A stretch of 64,000 nt of DNA, from NCBI GenBank assembly GCA_951406725.2, contig OX597828.1:1302001-1366000 (forward strand), in the 5' to 3' direction. The notes under the pieces are model-generated. The model did no database searches. It saw nothing but the letters and a program-made list of their open reading frames with translations, and was not told the origin of the DNA. This document shows positions 11,338 to 26,000 of the stretch, in pieces. The DNA comes from Octopus vulgaris (taxonomy: Eukaryota). The position numbers and the translations under genes were made by a program. Numbering within the stretch: the first letter of the stretch is position 1; each line of letters starts with the position of its first letter.

Positions 11338-12788
11338 CCCTTTCGTTACTATATTTCTGACCAAAATACACCCCTTATGTGTTTCAATTAATTTCTAACG
11401 TAATCATAAATTTAGTCTGGTTTCATTAAACAACTATAACTTTTTTATTTATCAATATATTAACGGGAATTTTGGAAGATAATTTAATGAAATGTTCTCA
11501 ACCAATTCTATACTATAATTTTTGTCACAAAGTGACTCTAATTGCAGGTAGATACAGGTAAATTCAACAAAATATAAAATTATTAAAATTTTGTTCAAAC
11601 ATCGCTATAGAAAATGGGTTATTAGCTAATATTCAATTGGGTATACAACAAAATTTTATGATAGAATTTGTTATTCTGGGTAACTTTATGATACCCATAA
11701 TAATATTTATGGCAAAATAGTCTTAATTTCATTTAAGGTTATGGGAAACCACAAAGTATCCTTTCTTTCGCTTTGTTTACATTTAGCGTAACGGTTCGTT
11801 TCCGCCGTAATGATTTCAAATAGGCTCATTCGAAAAAGTAAAAAGAAATAGTCTAAGGCTTTACTCTTCTGGGAAAGTCTGTGGCTTGGTCCAGTTTCTT
11901 CAGAAAGTGACTCTAATTGCAGGTAGATACAGGTAAATTCAACAAAATATAAAATTATTAAAATTTTGTTCAAACATCGCTATAGAAAATGGGTTATTAA
12001 CTAATATTCAATTGGGTATACAACAAAATTTTACGATAGAATTTGTTATTCTGGGTAACTTTATGATACCCATAATAATATTTATGGCAAAATAGTCTTA
12101 ATTTCATTTAAGGTTGTGGGAAACCACAAAGTATCCTTTCTTTCGCTTTGTTTACATTTAGCGTAACGGTTCGTTTCCGCCGTAATGATTTCAAATAGGC
12201 TCATTTGAAAAAGTAAAAAGAAATAGTCTAAGGCTTTACTCCTCTGGGAAAGTCTGTGGCTTGGTCCAGTTTCTTCAGAAAAATCACCGAAAGAAACAGT
12301 TTTTAAATTTTCACTCCATTCAGGTGCCAATTCATTTTCTTTATCGCTGTCGGAGCTCTTGAATTCACTGTTTTCACTTTCGGAAAATGAAACATCAGAT
12401 TCATTATCAAATACCATGTGCTTTTTTTTTTCAGTCATAGAGTTAGATTTATGAAGGTCTTCAGTAGAAAATCCTTCGAATTCTGACTCGCTGCTTGATA
12501 TAATGAAATTCGTATCCATTTTTTGTCAGAATTACAAATTTTGAAAACATAATAGGAACAAATTTCGGAAAAAAATCTTCCAAAATTGATGGAATTAAAA
12601 TTACACTTCGATTTTTATACAAAACTGTAGTTGAACTCTTTATGAAGTATAATACATATTTTCACGAATGTACTAAAGAGATTTGCTCTGATATTCTCAT
12701 TTAAATATGAATAGGTAAATTGGAGCGGTTTTGGGCGGCTTGGTCACATTAACCAAAATTTTTTTCGGGCGGTTTGGTAACGAAAGGG
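11338..12788 (-). mobile_element. Non-autonomous piggyBac with internal 375-bp tandem duplication
   Basis: TTAA TSDs, ccctttcgttac TIRs, acidic N-terminus and YFFLLF..LFEIITAETNRYA...W.PTTLNEIK piggyBac motif. Confidence 0.92.
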
Positions 12789-13274
12789 TTAAGAGCCTTT
12801 TAGATTTGATATAGTGATTTTCTTTTGCTTTTTCTGACAACTTGACCTTTCCTCATCATATAAGACTTTTCGTGGACCATTCCCTCTAACACATGGAGAT
12901 CTTTTGCAACTGATCTCATGGACTTTCTGGGATTGTAATCAATGGCCTGTTGCTGGATAAATTCAGGTGTTCTGATGATTTCCGAGTGTTTAGAGTGCTG
13001 TTTATGCTTTGATACTGGTGATACATTTCCATCTTCAGTCTGTAGCTCCTTACAAACTTTGTACATGATAAATGTAGCAACTTTTCAAAATCGAGATATT
13101 TCTAATTCGCTATGCTCAGCCTTTATAACCTCAATAACAACATGCTTCTTCATTATTATTATTTTCTGAAACAAAAATTATACAGATTTAGATAAAAATG
13201 TAGCAATGACTCAAAAAAAATATGTCTTCAAATATCTTACTCACCTTGTATAAATATATGTTTTTGAATTGCAG

Positions 13275-13353
13275 TTATGGACAATTGTGATATCAGTTTA
13301 AAAGTACAGGCAACTTCAGAACCAGACACGAACAAGAAAAATGTGGTTATATG
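13275..13353 (+). CDS. Myb: Myb exon A (MDNCDISLKVQATSEPDTNKKNVVI)
   Basis: ttgcag acceptor, gtaaat donor, open frame in phase with the next exon. Confidence 0.7.
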
Positions 13354-14022
13354 GTAAATATATTTCTTTCTTTCTTTTCTACTTTTTGAAAAAGATATGA
13401 ATTATTTTATAAAACTTAGTGCTTTTTCTTTTCTTACAGTTCATCTGATACCAGTACTTGTGGTGAAGATGTGGACAGTGGACTTATAGATTTCAACTCA
13501 TTAGATCTGAATGATGTGACAGAAGATGATCCGAGTGTAACACCTAATAAATTTACAGGCTTAAATAAAAAAGGTAAAAATAAATTTATTTTAATTAGTG
13601 TGAAGTGGAGTAGTAACACCAGTTATCTTTTCAGTTCTGTCAATGGAATAAATGCTGTTTAGAATTATATAAAAATATTTGTTACTCATAAAATTACAAT
13701 TTGTAATGTATATTATACTAGAATTCAAAATTGTAGTATATTATACTAGAACTCAAAATTACTTGTCTTGCCAGTTACGGATCTTTACCTTTTGACTGGC
13801 AGATTTAGAAAATAATTTTTTGTAACTAAACAGTCAAACTTTGTATACTGGTAGAATGTGTCATATAAAACATCTTTTACTCTTAGCGTTTTTGAGAAAA
13901 GTTTTTTATTTATGAAGTTATTTTGTGTTAAAGTTGTCGTATTTTGGTAATTTCAACCAATCCATGATGTATATTCAGCTGAATAAAATTACTGCTGTTG
14001 TTTGTCAACAACTTCTGGCGCG

Positions 14023-14055
<33 letters not shown>

Positions 14056-17000
14056 GCTCTAGGTATGTTTGGTGCTGTTAGACCTCTTTAACGAAGCATT
14101 TACTTCACTATATTTACCAAATTAGTTTTGAGAGAATGATGTATAAGTATGGAAATGAACTTATCTTCAAAAAATAAATCATCCTGGAAATTATTCACAT
14201 CATGTACAATTGTTACATGAATGTCATCATCATAAATATGTTTGCTTTTCCAAGTTGCTACCATCCTATTGACCGAGGTTACCGTGGTCTTTTCTGTAGG
14301 CTTTTCTTTCCACGGATAAACCTTATCTGCTCCATCCTTTACACTTTACATCATGACATTTCTGTGATACACGATCCCTATTGATTATTTTTTTCTTTCC
14401 CTTTTTTTCTTTTCTTTCCCTTTTACGATCACTTTTGATCAAAAACCTACATCACTTTTTTTTTTCTCCCCAAGAAGAAAAAGCTCTACTTTGTAATCTG
14501 TCCTGTCTGTGTGCAGCCCTGTGTGGCTAATAAAGAAACATATTATACTAGAAATAGCAAGCACATCATGTGGATATATTTTAAAGGTATACAGCGTACA
14601 AAAGAGCCACATTGATAAATTTACCAGTGTAGCGATTTTTTTGTGTTCCTGTTCATCATATAAGCTAAAATAATAAGAACAGTGGAGCTTATTGCAAAGG
14701 AATTAACTATTGAAAATATGTAAAGAGAGAGAGAGAGGCATTAAACAATTGTGTCTCGCTGTAAAATTTTTGAAACCCATTTGCATTTAATTAAAATTAA
14801 TTGTCTAGCTGAAAAAAACTTAAAGGCCACATTTTGATAAAAAAGAAGAAATATTAATATTTTCATTTTTAATTATTTTCTAAGTTAATGGAAACTTTAA
14901 TAATTGCTTTCTTTTAGTAAAAGTTACATTATTCCATCTAACTAATAAGCAGCTCTCTCCATTTATAGTACAGGCATTATAAAATTGTTTGTTATAAAAT
15001 TTTATTTTTTAACTCAAAAAAGAATTTACCCTGTAATTCTCTTTGTCAAAATTCTTTTGGTCATTTAGCAGATCTTCGGTTTGATGGCAGAGCCATTGAT
15101 AAATTAAAGTCCCCAGGGCGTTTGATACCAATTGTTTCTAAAGTGGCTTCTAAACTTTCTACACCACCAACAATACTTCGGAGAGGTAAACATCAGAAAA
15201 AGGTAATTGATTCAATCCAAAACAGGTTGAAAATGTTTGAAATGTATAATTATTTTTGTATTTAGTATTTCAAATTTATTAATCAGTATATTCCCGTAAG
15301 TGGAATGTTCGGTGTGCTGTTGTTGTCTCAGTCAAGTCACTGCATTCAGTCTTAAACAGCTTGTTATACAGATTCTTGTTTTATTTCTCTTTAACATCTG
15401 TCTTGTATTCATTCTGTTTTATTGTATTATATGCAATTTACCCAAAAAGACAGTTTTCTGTTGATGATAGCTATTTGTTTACTCACTTTTATGTTAAGTA
15501 TATTCCATATGTTTCATTTCATTGTGAAATAATCAAAAATCCATATTGGTTTTGTAAAACAGCCTGAAGTTATTTATTTATTAATAAATAAATATATTTG
15601 AATACAAGTTAGCAACAAATGGTTTTAACATAAATATTTGGGAGGATTTTTCTCAGAAAACTACTACAGTTACAGCTAAATGCATTGAAATGTAAAATTA
15701 TTTCTTATGAAATGAATTCACCTGACATGTAAAAAGGAATGGTCATGCACATTCTGAATTTTCACTTCAACTTGAGTAAATATAAACAGATACTTAATAT
15801 AATAGGCAGAGGTGTTGCTATGTGGTTAAGAAGCTTACATTCCAACCATGTAGTTTGGGGTTGAGTTTAATATTACTGTAGAGTTACTATCACTATCTGA
15901 AATTGAAACATCTGCTATTGCTTCTTCTTTTGAAAATCTTGATCATTGTCTGTTGCACTTGTCTGTAGCTTTCTTTTTCTGAAAGGCTCCTGTGTCTTTA
16001 TGTATTGTGAAGAATTTCTGCTGCTTTCTATTCCAAATTGAATTCTCAATAAAATCACTCAAATTTGGGTAGGGTGGGGCCCTATTTTAAGCATGATAAT
16101 CTGAAATAAACAAAAATACACAGTGAAAACAAAACTTGTAGCATAAAATAATGGGCTGAAATCTATACTTCCATATGAGCAAAATCAAATAAAGTTAATT
16201 CCAAAATAAGCACCAAAGTTTAGAATAAGAAAAATTATAATTATGGTGGTACAGATACTATGGATTGTCCAAGTAAAGCATTTGATAGATACCATGCTGT
16301 GTAGAATTCATAGAAAACTTTGTGTTGATTTACGTTGGGGGATGAAAGAAAGAAATGATTCAAGCAGTTACTGTTTGTCTGAGAGAAAATATAAAAGTGA
16401 CTTCACATTAGTGACAAAATTGTGAATATGAAACAAAGTAGTGAGGCTTAATGTGGAGTGAAGGAGATAAAAGGCAATGAACAGTGTGTGCTGCAAGTAG
16501 GGTGAAGAGTAATGTGGGATGAAATTAAATGAGCAGGGTGGGAGGTGGGGACACATGTTTGTAACAAGATTAAGTTGAGATAAATGATAGTATTGAGAAT
16601 GTATAGAAGCGAACATGTGGACAATAATAAGAATAAGAGAGAGACACACACATAAGAAGAAGAGGTGATCTTAGAGGAAGCTTTCAGAAAAATTAAATCA
16701 GTAAGGAGTAGTAAAGAAACCAATGAATAAAGAGGTAGTAAACTGTGGTTGGAATAGCAATGGGAAATTTGACTAAAGTTCAGAGTATAAGTAATGCTTA
16801 ATTTATTCAATAGAACTAACATCCAAAAATTTCTTAAATATTCAAATCAGTCTACCTGATTTAGTTGAATCCTAATCTGAGTGGCTTTAAATAGAATTTT
16901 TCAGTGAGAGTTGAAGTAGGTAGTGTTATGACACTTGGAACTATATTCTAGTCAATCACCTTTTACTGCTCATAGTGAAATTGTATAAACATGACAAGCA

Positions 17001-20000
17001 TTTGCAACTGTCTTATGTATCTAATAAATGTATTTGATTTATAAATGTAGCAGTTACTAAAATTTATGAATATACTCCATAGTAAAGTTGAATATTGTAT
17101 TTTAACAATTCATATAATTTTGTTAAATATATTTTGATACAAATTAATGTCATTGAGAATTTCTAAACATATTTTGAGGAATATTCAAAAAGAATTCTTA
17201 TAAGGATATGGCACATAAGTGGTGTATATAACATGAGAAACACTGTAAAAGATAATAAGAAATCAGCTACCTATATTTCCTATTACAATAATGTATTTGT
17301 CTATATTTTTCAGCAATCTTATTCTGGATCCATATCAGCATCTTATCATCAAATTTGTGATGATAAAATGAAAGAAGAAATGAATCAATACCTTCCAAAG
17401 TCAAAAGAAAAGTGCAGAGAATTTGAATCCCCTCCTTTGGCTAGTTGTGATTTGGGAAAAGAGTCCAGTTCTGATTGTTACACACCTCAACATAAGAATG
17501 ATTCTCCTGTAGTACATAAAATAATTCATATCAAAGAAGAACCCGCTGAATCTACTGGGGATTTTATTGACAATACCTCGGAAGAAATTAAAAAAGAAGA
17601 AATGGTTTTAGATAATGATTTTGATTTTGAAAATCTTAACCCTTTATTAGGATTGCAACGGAAAGATGTCAACAGAACACCAAGTGTAACACCCATAAAA
17701 AATCTACCCTTTTCACCATCACAGGTTAGTGTACATGAATATAACGTGTGTGTGTGTGTGTGTCTTAGGTTTGTGACAAGTCTTTAGGCTTTTTAGGCTA
17801 GAGCTTATCCCAGTTTTCTTGATGTGTAAGCAAGCAAGAAAACAACACTCTCTCTTGGACAAAACATTAGTCAATTGCAAGGTCAATTCCCTGCCGGAGC
17901 TGGTTCTCATTTTCAACAGTACAGACTGGAACAGTATGAAATGAAGTGCTGTCCAGACTGGGAACTGAAACTATGACCTTATGATTATGTGTTCAATTCC
18001 TTATCCACTAGGCCACATGCCTATACACACACTTACTCTGATAAGAAAGAAACATGGAAATGCTACTATGAGAGGAAGCTGAGTTCAGATAAAGAGCCTT
18101 CTCCATTGAAACTCAACAGAAGTACCAGCCATTCAAGCTGACAGCAGAGTAATAGAGAACATGGTAAAGGATATGAAGGTAGAGAAATAAGGATATGAAG
18201 GTACTTAAAATATCTGGCAATATAGAGTACATGATAGTCACTCAAATAGCAAATCATGTAATGCAGTGTTACAGGACCATTACAAACTGCTACAAGGGCA
18301 AGGGAGGTGCACTAGAGAAAGGTAACAAAGCAACAAGCAGTTTGACCAGGTTATGAAAGTTACAGAGTGTGTTATAGTGACAGGATTAGTCTAGGTGAGG
18401 TGTAGTTTAGCTTTGTCCCAGGAAGAGGGACCTTGTGAGAGAACTGGATGAGAAATACTAAGGAATATGTTCTTGTATCTACTTAGCGTTTGTAGTCCCT
18501 TACACTATTATTTGGTGTTTTCTCAGAAAACCAAGAATAAATGAATGGCTTGTGAGGATTGTAGGAGCTCTCAGTAAGATGAGAATTAGCAACTATTTAT
18601 TGATGAACTTAGTGTACAGATGAGGATACATCAGAGCTCAGTTCTCAGCTTTATTCTATTTATTGTAGTCCTTTAAGCTGTAATAAAGACATTTAAAACC
18701 AGCTCTCTGTAGGAAGTCCTCTATGCTGAAGACTTAGTCTTATAGTAGACTTGGCAGAACTGAAAATGAAATTCCAGGCATGGAAGCAAAATCGAAAATA
18801 GAAAGGCTTTAAAGTAAACTTGGCAAAAACAAAGGTTTTAGTATGTTGTAAAGAGGCCAAGACTCTTATAGTTTCAGGGAAATGGCTGTGCTCTGCCTTC
18901 AGAAAACAAGTTGGTAGAAATTCTGTGCCGAGTGTAATCAATGGATATGCAAAAGTTGTAGTGGGTTTAAAGACAGCCTAACAAAGAAAGTAGATGTTAG
19001 ATGCAACAGGTACACTGGAACAATAAGAGTAATTGGGAAATAGATTCTGCCAACTGCCCAAGTGTCTCCCTTAAAATGTTTGATAAGTTTGCTACCTGGG
19101 TGGATGTTCAGAAAGTGAGGCAGCTAGAATAACAACAGGTTTGAGAAAGTCCAAGGTGCTGTTAATCCTGTTAGCAACAAGGGGTTATCCCTCAGGATCA
19201 AAGGCAGATTGTATGATGATTGTGTGCAAAGTGTACTGCTGCACAAAACAACAAACATGGACCTTGAGGGTGGAAGGCATATAAAGACTTGAAAGAAATG
19301 AGGTGAGCATACTTTGTAGGAGATGCCATGTTAGTGTGCAGGAAGAACAAAATATAATTGAGTTGAGAGATAAACTGGATGTAATGGGAATCTTTTGTAG
19401 TGTGCAGGAGAGAAGACTGCACTAGTATGGGCATGTGATATGAATGGAGGATGACAGCTGCATAAGCAAGTGCCAAGCACTCAAATGAAGGAAGACTTGA
19501 GATGATAAAAATGACCTCAAGATGTTATATCTGACAAGGAGATGGCTGAAAATATGTTGATTGGTGATATGCATTACTGTAAAAAAAACCCCAAAAAACC
19601 ACCCAGCCTCCTGTGCAGGCTTAGTGCATGATCCACTTCCACATACACCCCATCTCTGCCCACTCGTCTATTCTGTACTTTCTGGGCATGTATCTCCAGC
19701 CATATCCTGTCCACCATATAGCCTTGCATCCCATTTTACTGCTTGTTTATTCTGTATTCTCTCATCTTTTCTGCTCACTGTACCAAGACACTCAGAAATG
19801 GGAGGTGGGGGTAGACTTGGATTTATACATACTGAATACTTCCACTACCTATATCTTGCTTCCTTTCCTCCTTCCAAATCATTAGGATGATGAGTGTAAA
19901 AAGTATGTGAGATTGGAATGTAATGTAGGAGAGGTCTCTATTAAATTAAGTTCTACAGAAACCAAACAGATGGTAACTTAAAGAGATTGAATGAGCTAGA

Positions 20001-23000
20001 AATGGTAGATTCCACTGTTGAAGAAGTTACCCCTCTTAGGAAGGGACCCTGTAATGAGAGAAGCATAGAAACATTGAAAATGGAAAATAATGCCTAGCAC
20101 AGGAGTGAAGTCAAAAGGTAATAGAATGAATATTGTCAAGACCTGTTCTTGTCATTACTCAACCCCATTGCAATTATAATCATGGGCATTCCAACCATGA
20201 CCATACCATTATAAGATAGATTTGATTTAAATGGTTAAAGAAATTTTCACATTGGTAGTGAAACAAGTTGAGTTGAGAAACAAAAAGTTTTCAAGAGGTT
20301 TTATTGCAAAAATCTAGTGTGCAATTGAAAATAGAAGAAAGTTCAGGCTTCATCAAAAGCAATGTTACTTACATTGTGGTTGAGGTGTTATGGGTAGGAA
20401 AATTCTAGAAATTTTTGTATAAATCTTATCACTGTTGAATTAGAATGCTTGATTATAGGTTGAGAAGTGAGAGGGTTTGAAGGCATGCTTTTCTTTGCTG
20501 ATAGTCATCATTACATGCATTGAAATGCTGGATGGTGACTTCCTTTGGGTTTTCTGGGAGGTGTTCATCATCTGGTAGCTATAGCTGAATTACTTGGGGG
20601 AATTGGGATTGTGAGGTTTGGTTATGAGGTATTAGAGATGTTATAGGATAGTACTAGTCATCTGCTTTAGCATCTTAATTGGGAAACATATGTTGCCATA
20701 CTTAATCAACATAGAATTGGTGGATCTTCAACCAGTTAGCTGGTTTCCAGAGGTTTAGGGTGCTGGAGTGGTTGTACATTTACCTGCTTGCTTTTCTTTT
20801 CATTTTCCTGTTAATTTATGTATTTTAAGTTTTTTAATAATATACATTCCATATTCTTTATCAGTTCCTGAATAGTCCAGATGCTTTCTTCAACCGGAAA
20901 GTGATTTCAACTCCTGTTAATTCATTGACCCCTAAATCACGGATTAGCAAGCCAGATACTTTAAGTACGCCCTATTTGAAGTTGAATGAAATGTAAGTAA
21001 ATATTTTCAAACTAACTTGCATTGTATCAGTAAATGCAAATATTTAAATTTAAAAGGATATGTTTCTTTTCTTGTCTAGGTTTGATGGATTGGTATGTTT
21101 GCGAAATATTTGGGCATTATCATGTACCACTTCATGGAATTGCTTCATGGATTTCTGATTAAATGATTATGAAGCATTTTCCAGGAGTTGTAAATATTTG
21201 CTAAACCATATTGTCATGCAACTTAGAAGTAATGAAGGATTTTGTCATATATTCAGATCAGTGTTCAGAAGTAACTATATTATGCATAGATGTCTTACCA
21301 CCACCACCACCACCATCATTTAGCGTCTGTTTTCTGTGCTAGCATGGGTAAGAAGGTGTGACTGAAGGTGATAAGCCAGAGAGCAGCACCAAGCTGCAGT
21401 CTGATTGACTTGGTTTCTGTGGTCGGATGCCCTTCCTAACACCATAGAGTGAACTGGGTCTTTTATGTGTTACTGGTTTGGGTGCCTTTCATGTGTCATT
21501 GTCATGGTGCTTTCACATGTCACCAGCATGGGTGCCTGTCATGTGCCACAGCACAGGTGCCTTTGATGTGTCACTGGCACTGGCCACAACTAAAATTTCA
21601 CTTAGATTGACATGTCTTCTCAAGCACAGCAAATTGCCAAGTCTCGACTTGTCCTTGTCCCTTTAAGACTCAACATCCAAAGATCGTATTTCACCAGCTC
21701 ATCCTACGTCTTTTTGGGTCAACTTCTTCCACAGGTTTCCCCTACAGTTAGAGATTGGCACTTCTTTACGGAGCTGTCCTCATCTATACACATCACATGA
21801 CCATATCAGTACAGTCTTCTCTCTTGCATGCTACATCTGAAGCCTCATACACCCAATTTTTCTCTTAAGACAACTATGCTGTATATGCACACTGACATTA
21901 CCATACTAAATTAAATTGATGACTGAAATAATCTTCATCTTAGAAATATGTACTTTATGACTTCATACTAAGCCAGAACATTTGTGAAAGCACGGTACCA
22001 GAACGTAAATGGAAATTAAATCAGTTGAAGCAATGGGTATAGATGATTATAACTAAAACAACAATGTAAATGGCTTTATTAATTTTAATATTCCTTGCCT
22101 GAGTGCATATTTTTGGTACTGATCATAAGCTCAAATACAAAAAGGTGCAGAATTTAGGAAGCAACTTGTTAGAATATACACGTCTGTAAGGAGACATAAA
22201 CAAGAATAGCAAAAATGTATTATACCAAAAGAACTGGTAATACATACATTACAAGTGTTCTATGAAGAGAACATAAGATTGCTGTGTAATTCAACATGAA
22301 TGTGAAATGACATTAAACATCCTATAAGGTAAACGAAGGTTTCTGTAGGAACGCTAAGTCATGTTCACTTAGAGATGTTTATATGCACAAGGATGAATTA
22401 TGATGTTGTCGGTGATGAATTTCATTGTCCTAAGGCGGAGGTAGCGAGAAGTAGCTTCCCGGGGGCAAATGCAAACTAGACTTTTTAAGCAGAGAAAAAC
22501 TGATCTATTTAAGGAAATTGTTGGGCTCCATTGCGATAGGTAGAAACTCTATACAAAATAGAACTTTATGAAACAAAGCAACTTGAAGAAAGTGCATCTA
22601 TCAATCAAACACTTGTGTATGATAATTTAAAGTAATCTTCTGAATTTCTTTTGTAAAAATTTAGATCTGAAATGGAAGATTTAACCCTTTAGCATTTCAA
22701 CCAGCCATATCCAGCCCAAATATTCTACCAGTTTCATATTTAGACTGGCCAGATCCAGCCTCACTCACCTACCCTACAATATCATTCTAAAAATCTACAT
22801 GCATATAATTAAAATCTTGAAGCTACAGAATAATGCATGATTAATTCTAAACAGTGTGAATAAATAAGCATTACACTTGACAGAGTAATCTGAATGCTAA
22901 AGAGTTAAAGCCTATAAACACACTTTTTTTGTTTGTTTACATTCTTTCTATTTCCACATATAAACAGTATGTTTACATGCTTTAATGTTGATTCTTAACA

Positions 23001-26000
23001 TTTTTGAGCTTAGTTAATGTAAAAATGATTTTCTGCTGTTTGAAAATCTTTTAACTGTTTGTTATGCATATTTTTCTTACTATGTGATTACTCTATTATA
23101 AACAGGTATTATAAACATGTGGTGTAAAATTAAGATTTATTTTATTTTATTTTTCCTCCTAAATATTTTATCATGGATTTAGCAGGTAACAAAGTGGTTT
23201 TCAAATATGATTTTCTTATTCACTGTTTTTTTTACATAATAAATGCATTAAAGAGGAGTAGAAAAAAAAAACTTCCTAGACATTGGAAAACTTTACAATA
23301 ACAGCATCTCAAATACCTTAAGATGCTGTTATTTGGGGAATTTATTGTTCTGCATAATTTCATACATTGTGTTAGTGGGAGGTTCAATACAATTGTGGAA
23401 CTCTTGGTAAATGAACATTTTATGAACCAGATTCAAAGTTTCCTTTTTTTAATTCTTATCTACAGTGAGTGTAAATCTCTTCAGAAGACTCCAGTAATCT
23501 GTAGAGATGTTTTAGATACTAAACCACGTACACCAACACCATTCAAAAATGCCTTGGCAGAAGTGGAGAAGCGTAATGGGCCAATTAAATCTGTAAGCTT
23601 TGCTCTTCATAATTTTTATCCTTATTTTACAACTTTAGTATTTTAAATTTTACTCTGATAATTATTTATACTGTTTCATTAACTAATTATTTATATTCAT
23701 TAACTTATTTGTTAATGAAACACCTTAAATGCCTATGCTGTCAAAGTTCTCAAAATCTGCTGGATTTAATCAAAACATTGTCTTAAATCAGAACTTCTGT
23801 GGTATTTTTCAAATCCTTTTATTTAGCTTCAGATTTAGTAAATGCAACTCTGAATTCAATGCTTATTCAAATGCAGCATTTTGTTATTCTCTTCCAAGTA
23901 TTTTGATAAATTATTCTCTGAGGTCATTTAATTTATCAGCCTTTTGAGGTCAGTAATAAAGAAGCACTAATTGAGGGTGAGTGATTTGCCATATTATTAC
24001 CAATAATAGCAGCAGCAGTAGTACTAAAAGAGGTATATGAGGGTAATGAATATATAGGACCATTTGGCAGTGTGATAAACTGATTGGGGTGTACAGAAAA
24101 GGTGATGTGCCAAAGGGAGAGGCCACTATGAACAATCATGAAGTCACTTCTGAGATAAATGCAGAGAAAAAGTTTTTGTTACTCTTGTTCTTGTCACCAC
24201 CACCACCACCACCACCACCACTACTACTACTACAACTACTGCTGCTGCTGTTGTTGTTATTGCAGCAGCAGGGAATATTGAATGGAATATTCCACATATT
24301 TTTCAAAAGATGAAAGTTTTCAAAACTTCAATTTTTATCAGTATGTTTTGCTGGTGGAATGTTGAATGATGAAATAGTTTTTAGAGCAGTGCTTCTGAAA
24401 CATGATACATGTGTATCCCCCAGCTTGGAGGCGACCTAAACAGCTATGGACCAAAATATCTGCTGTTTTTGAACTGGTTATATTGTAGTACAAGAGAATA
24501 TCAAATGGGATTTTTCCATGTTTTTAAGGATAAGAAACTGTGTTTAATTTGTTTACATTACATCTCAGAGGTCTAACAGTGAGAAAGTCTTAAGAGAAAT
24601 TTTACTAAAACAGTGAAGTCCTATACTGTAACTCTGTAATTTATATCTTCTGAATAACTCATTCTTATATGGTGATATTTAACTAAAATTTATATAACTT
24701 CATATTTTATTGATTTTTGCCTGTACTTTGGAGCAGTTTTGAGACAAAACTTATATTTTGTGTTTGTGAAAGTACCTTTTGTTAATTGTGTTCCAAGTAC
24801 TGCTTTAACCCTGTCCTGCCATGTTCCTGGATTCCTACTGGATTCCTGTTAAAGGAGTAATGATCAACATACGTAGAAAAATAAAATAAAATACTAAAAT
24901 TATACAATGATCATGTTGCAGCTTTTTAGTCAAGTGTATTTCTCATCGTTAATGGCATCACTCATAGTTTTTGTGTGTAATTATTAAAAAAGAAAGAAAA
25001 AAGCATGTTTTAGTGATGAAACGAGCATGTGGTGAAATAATTGATGATATTTATTCTTTCGGCAAAGAGTTTGCCCTTACAGAGACAATGAGAATGATTT
25101 GGACAATCAAACTGGTAGAAGTGATGAAGAAAGTAGCGATTCAGGTGAACGAATAACATAATACTTGAGAGATAGGCCTGTTATTCTCTCTTTTTATTTT
25201 TGTGATTCTGTTCGTTAGTTTTTCTGCCATCATTACTCTTGAGCTTTGCATGCATCTATTTATTTTTTTGTTCAGGAGCCCAGGTGAAGGGTAAAATTAA
25301 ACACAGGAGCCTGGGTCTGAGAGGGTTAATATTGATTTCAAATTTTGGCACAAGGCCAGCAGTTTGGGAGTGAATTGGATGGGAGTCTTACATTACTGGT
25401 TCTTATTTTATTGACCCCAAAAGGATGGAAAGCAAAGTTAACCATGGTGGAATTTGAACTGAGAACATTAAATTGGAAGAAATGCCTCTATGCATTTTGT
25501 CCGTTGTGCTAATGATTCTGTCATTTCACTGCCTTTGAGAGGGTTAATATATTAATAAAATGAAACTAAGTATTTAAAATGCATTAATAGTTTAACTCAT
25601 ATTTTAGTTAGAAATATAGCAACAGAAGGTTGAAGCACCTAAAAAAAATAACACTTGATACAAAAAGGAAATATTTTCTGTTAGAATTATGCTCTCAATG
25701 TTTGAGAAAGGGTTTATTTTATATTAAGGGCTTTTCAGGAAATTGTCTTTTTTCACACTAACAGATGATGGCCATATGCATGATAAACCTTGTGAAACAG
25801 GTTATAAATTGCTAATGTTATTAAATGTCGGCAAACTATAAATAGTTTATAGAGGTCTTCAGTGACTATATTTTTTTCAATAATTTTTTTCTTTTAATTA
25901 GAATGTCGAACATTTGGATGAATTAACAGAAATAATTAAAGAAGACACAGGAATATCTCCAGTTAATCACATTGATGAAAAAGTAACACCTATATTTCAG

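Larger units (their letters stand above)
8880..13248 (-). mobile_element. Tc1/mariner element carrying three nested insertions
   Basis: 26-bp TIRs (cagggtgtgtaagatatttgaggaca / tgtcttcaaatatcttactcaccttg), TA TSDs; transposase remnants RTPEFI..NPRKSMRSVAKDL (12800-13066) and WPPNSPDFKPLD (~10915-10950). Confidence 0.75.

Noticed and set aside
22040-22680. Possible Penelope GIY-YIG 3' remnant
   Set aside because: Similarity too weak and no hammerhead core found.
24089-24313. ORF with poly-Pro/Leu/Gln
   Set aside because: Compound trinucleotide microsatellite in an intron.
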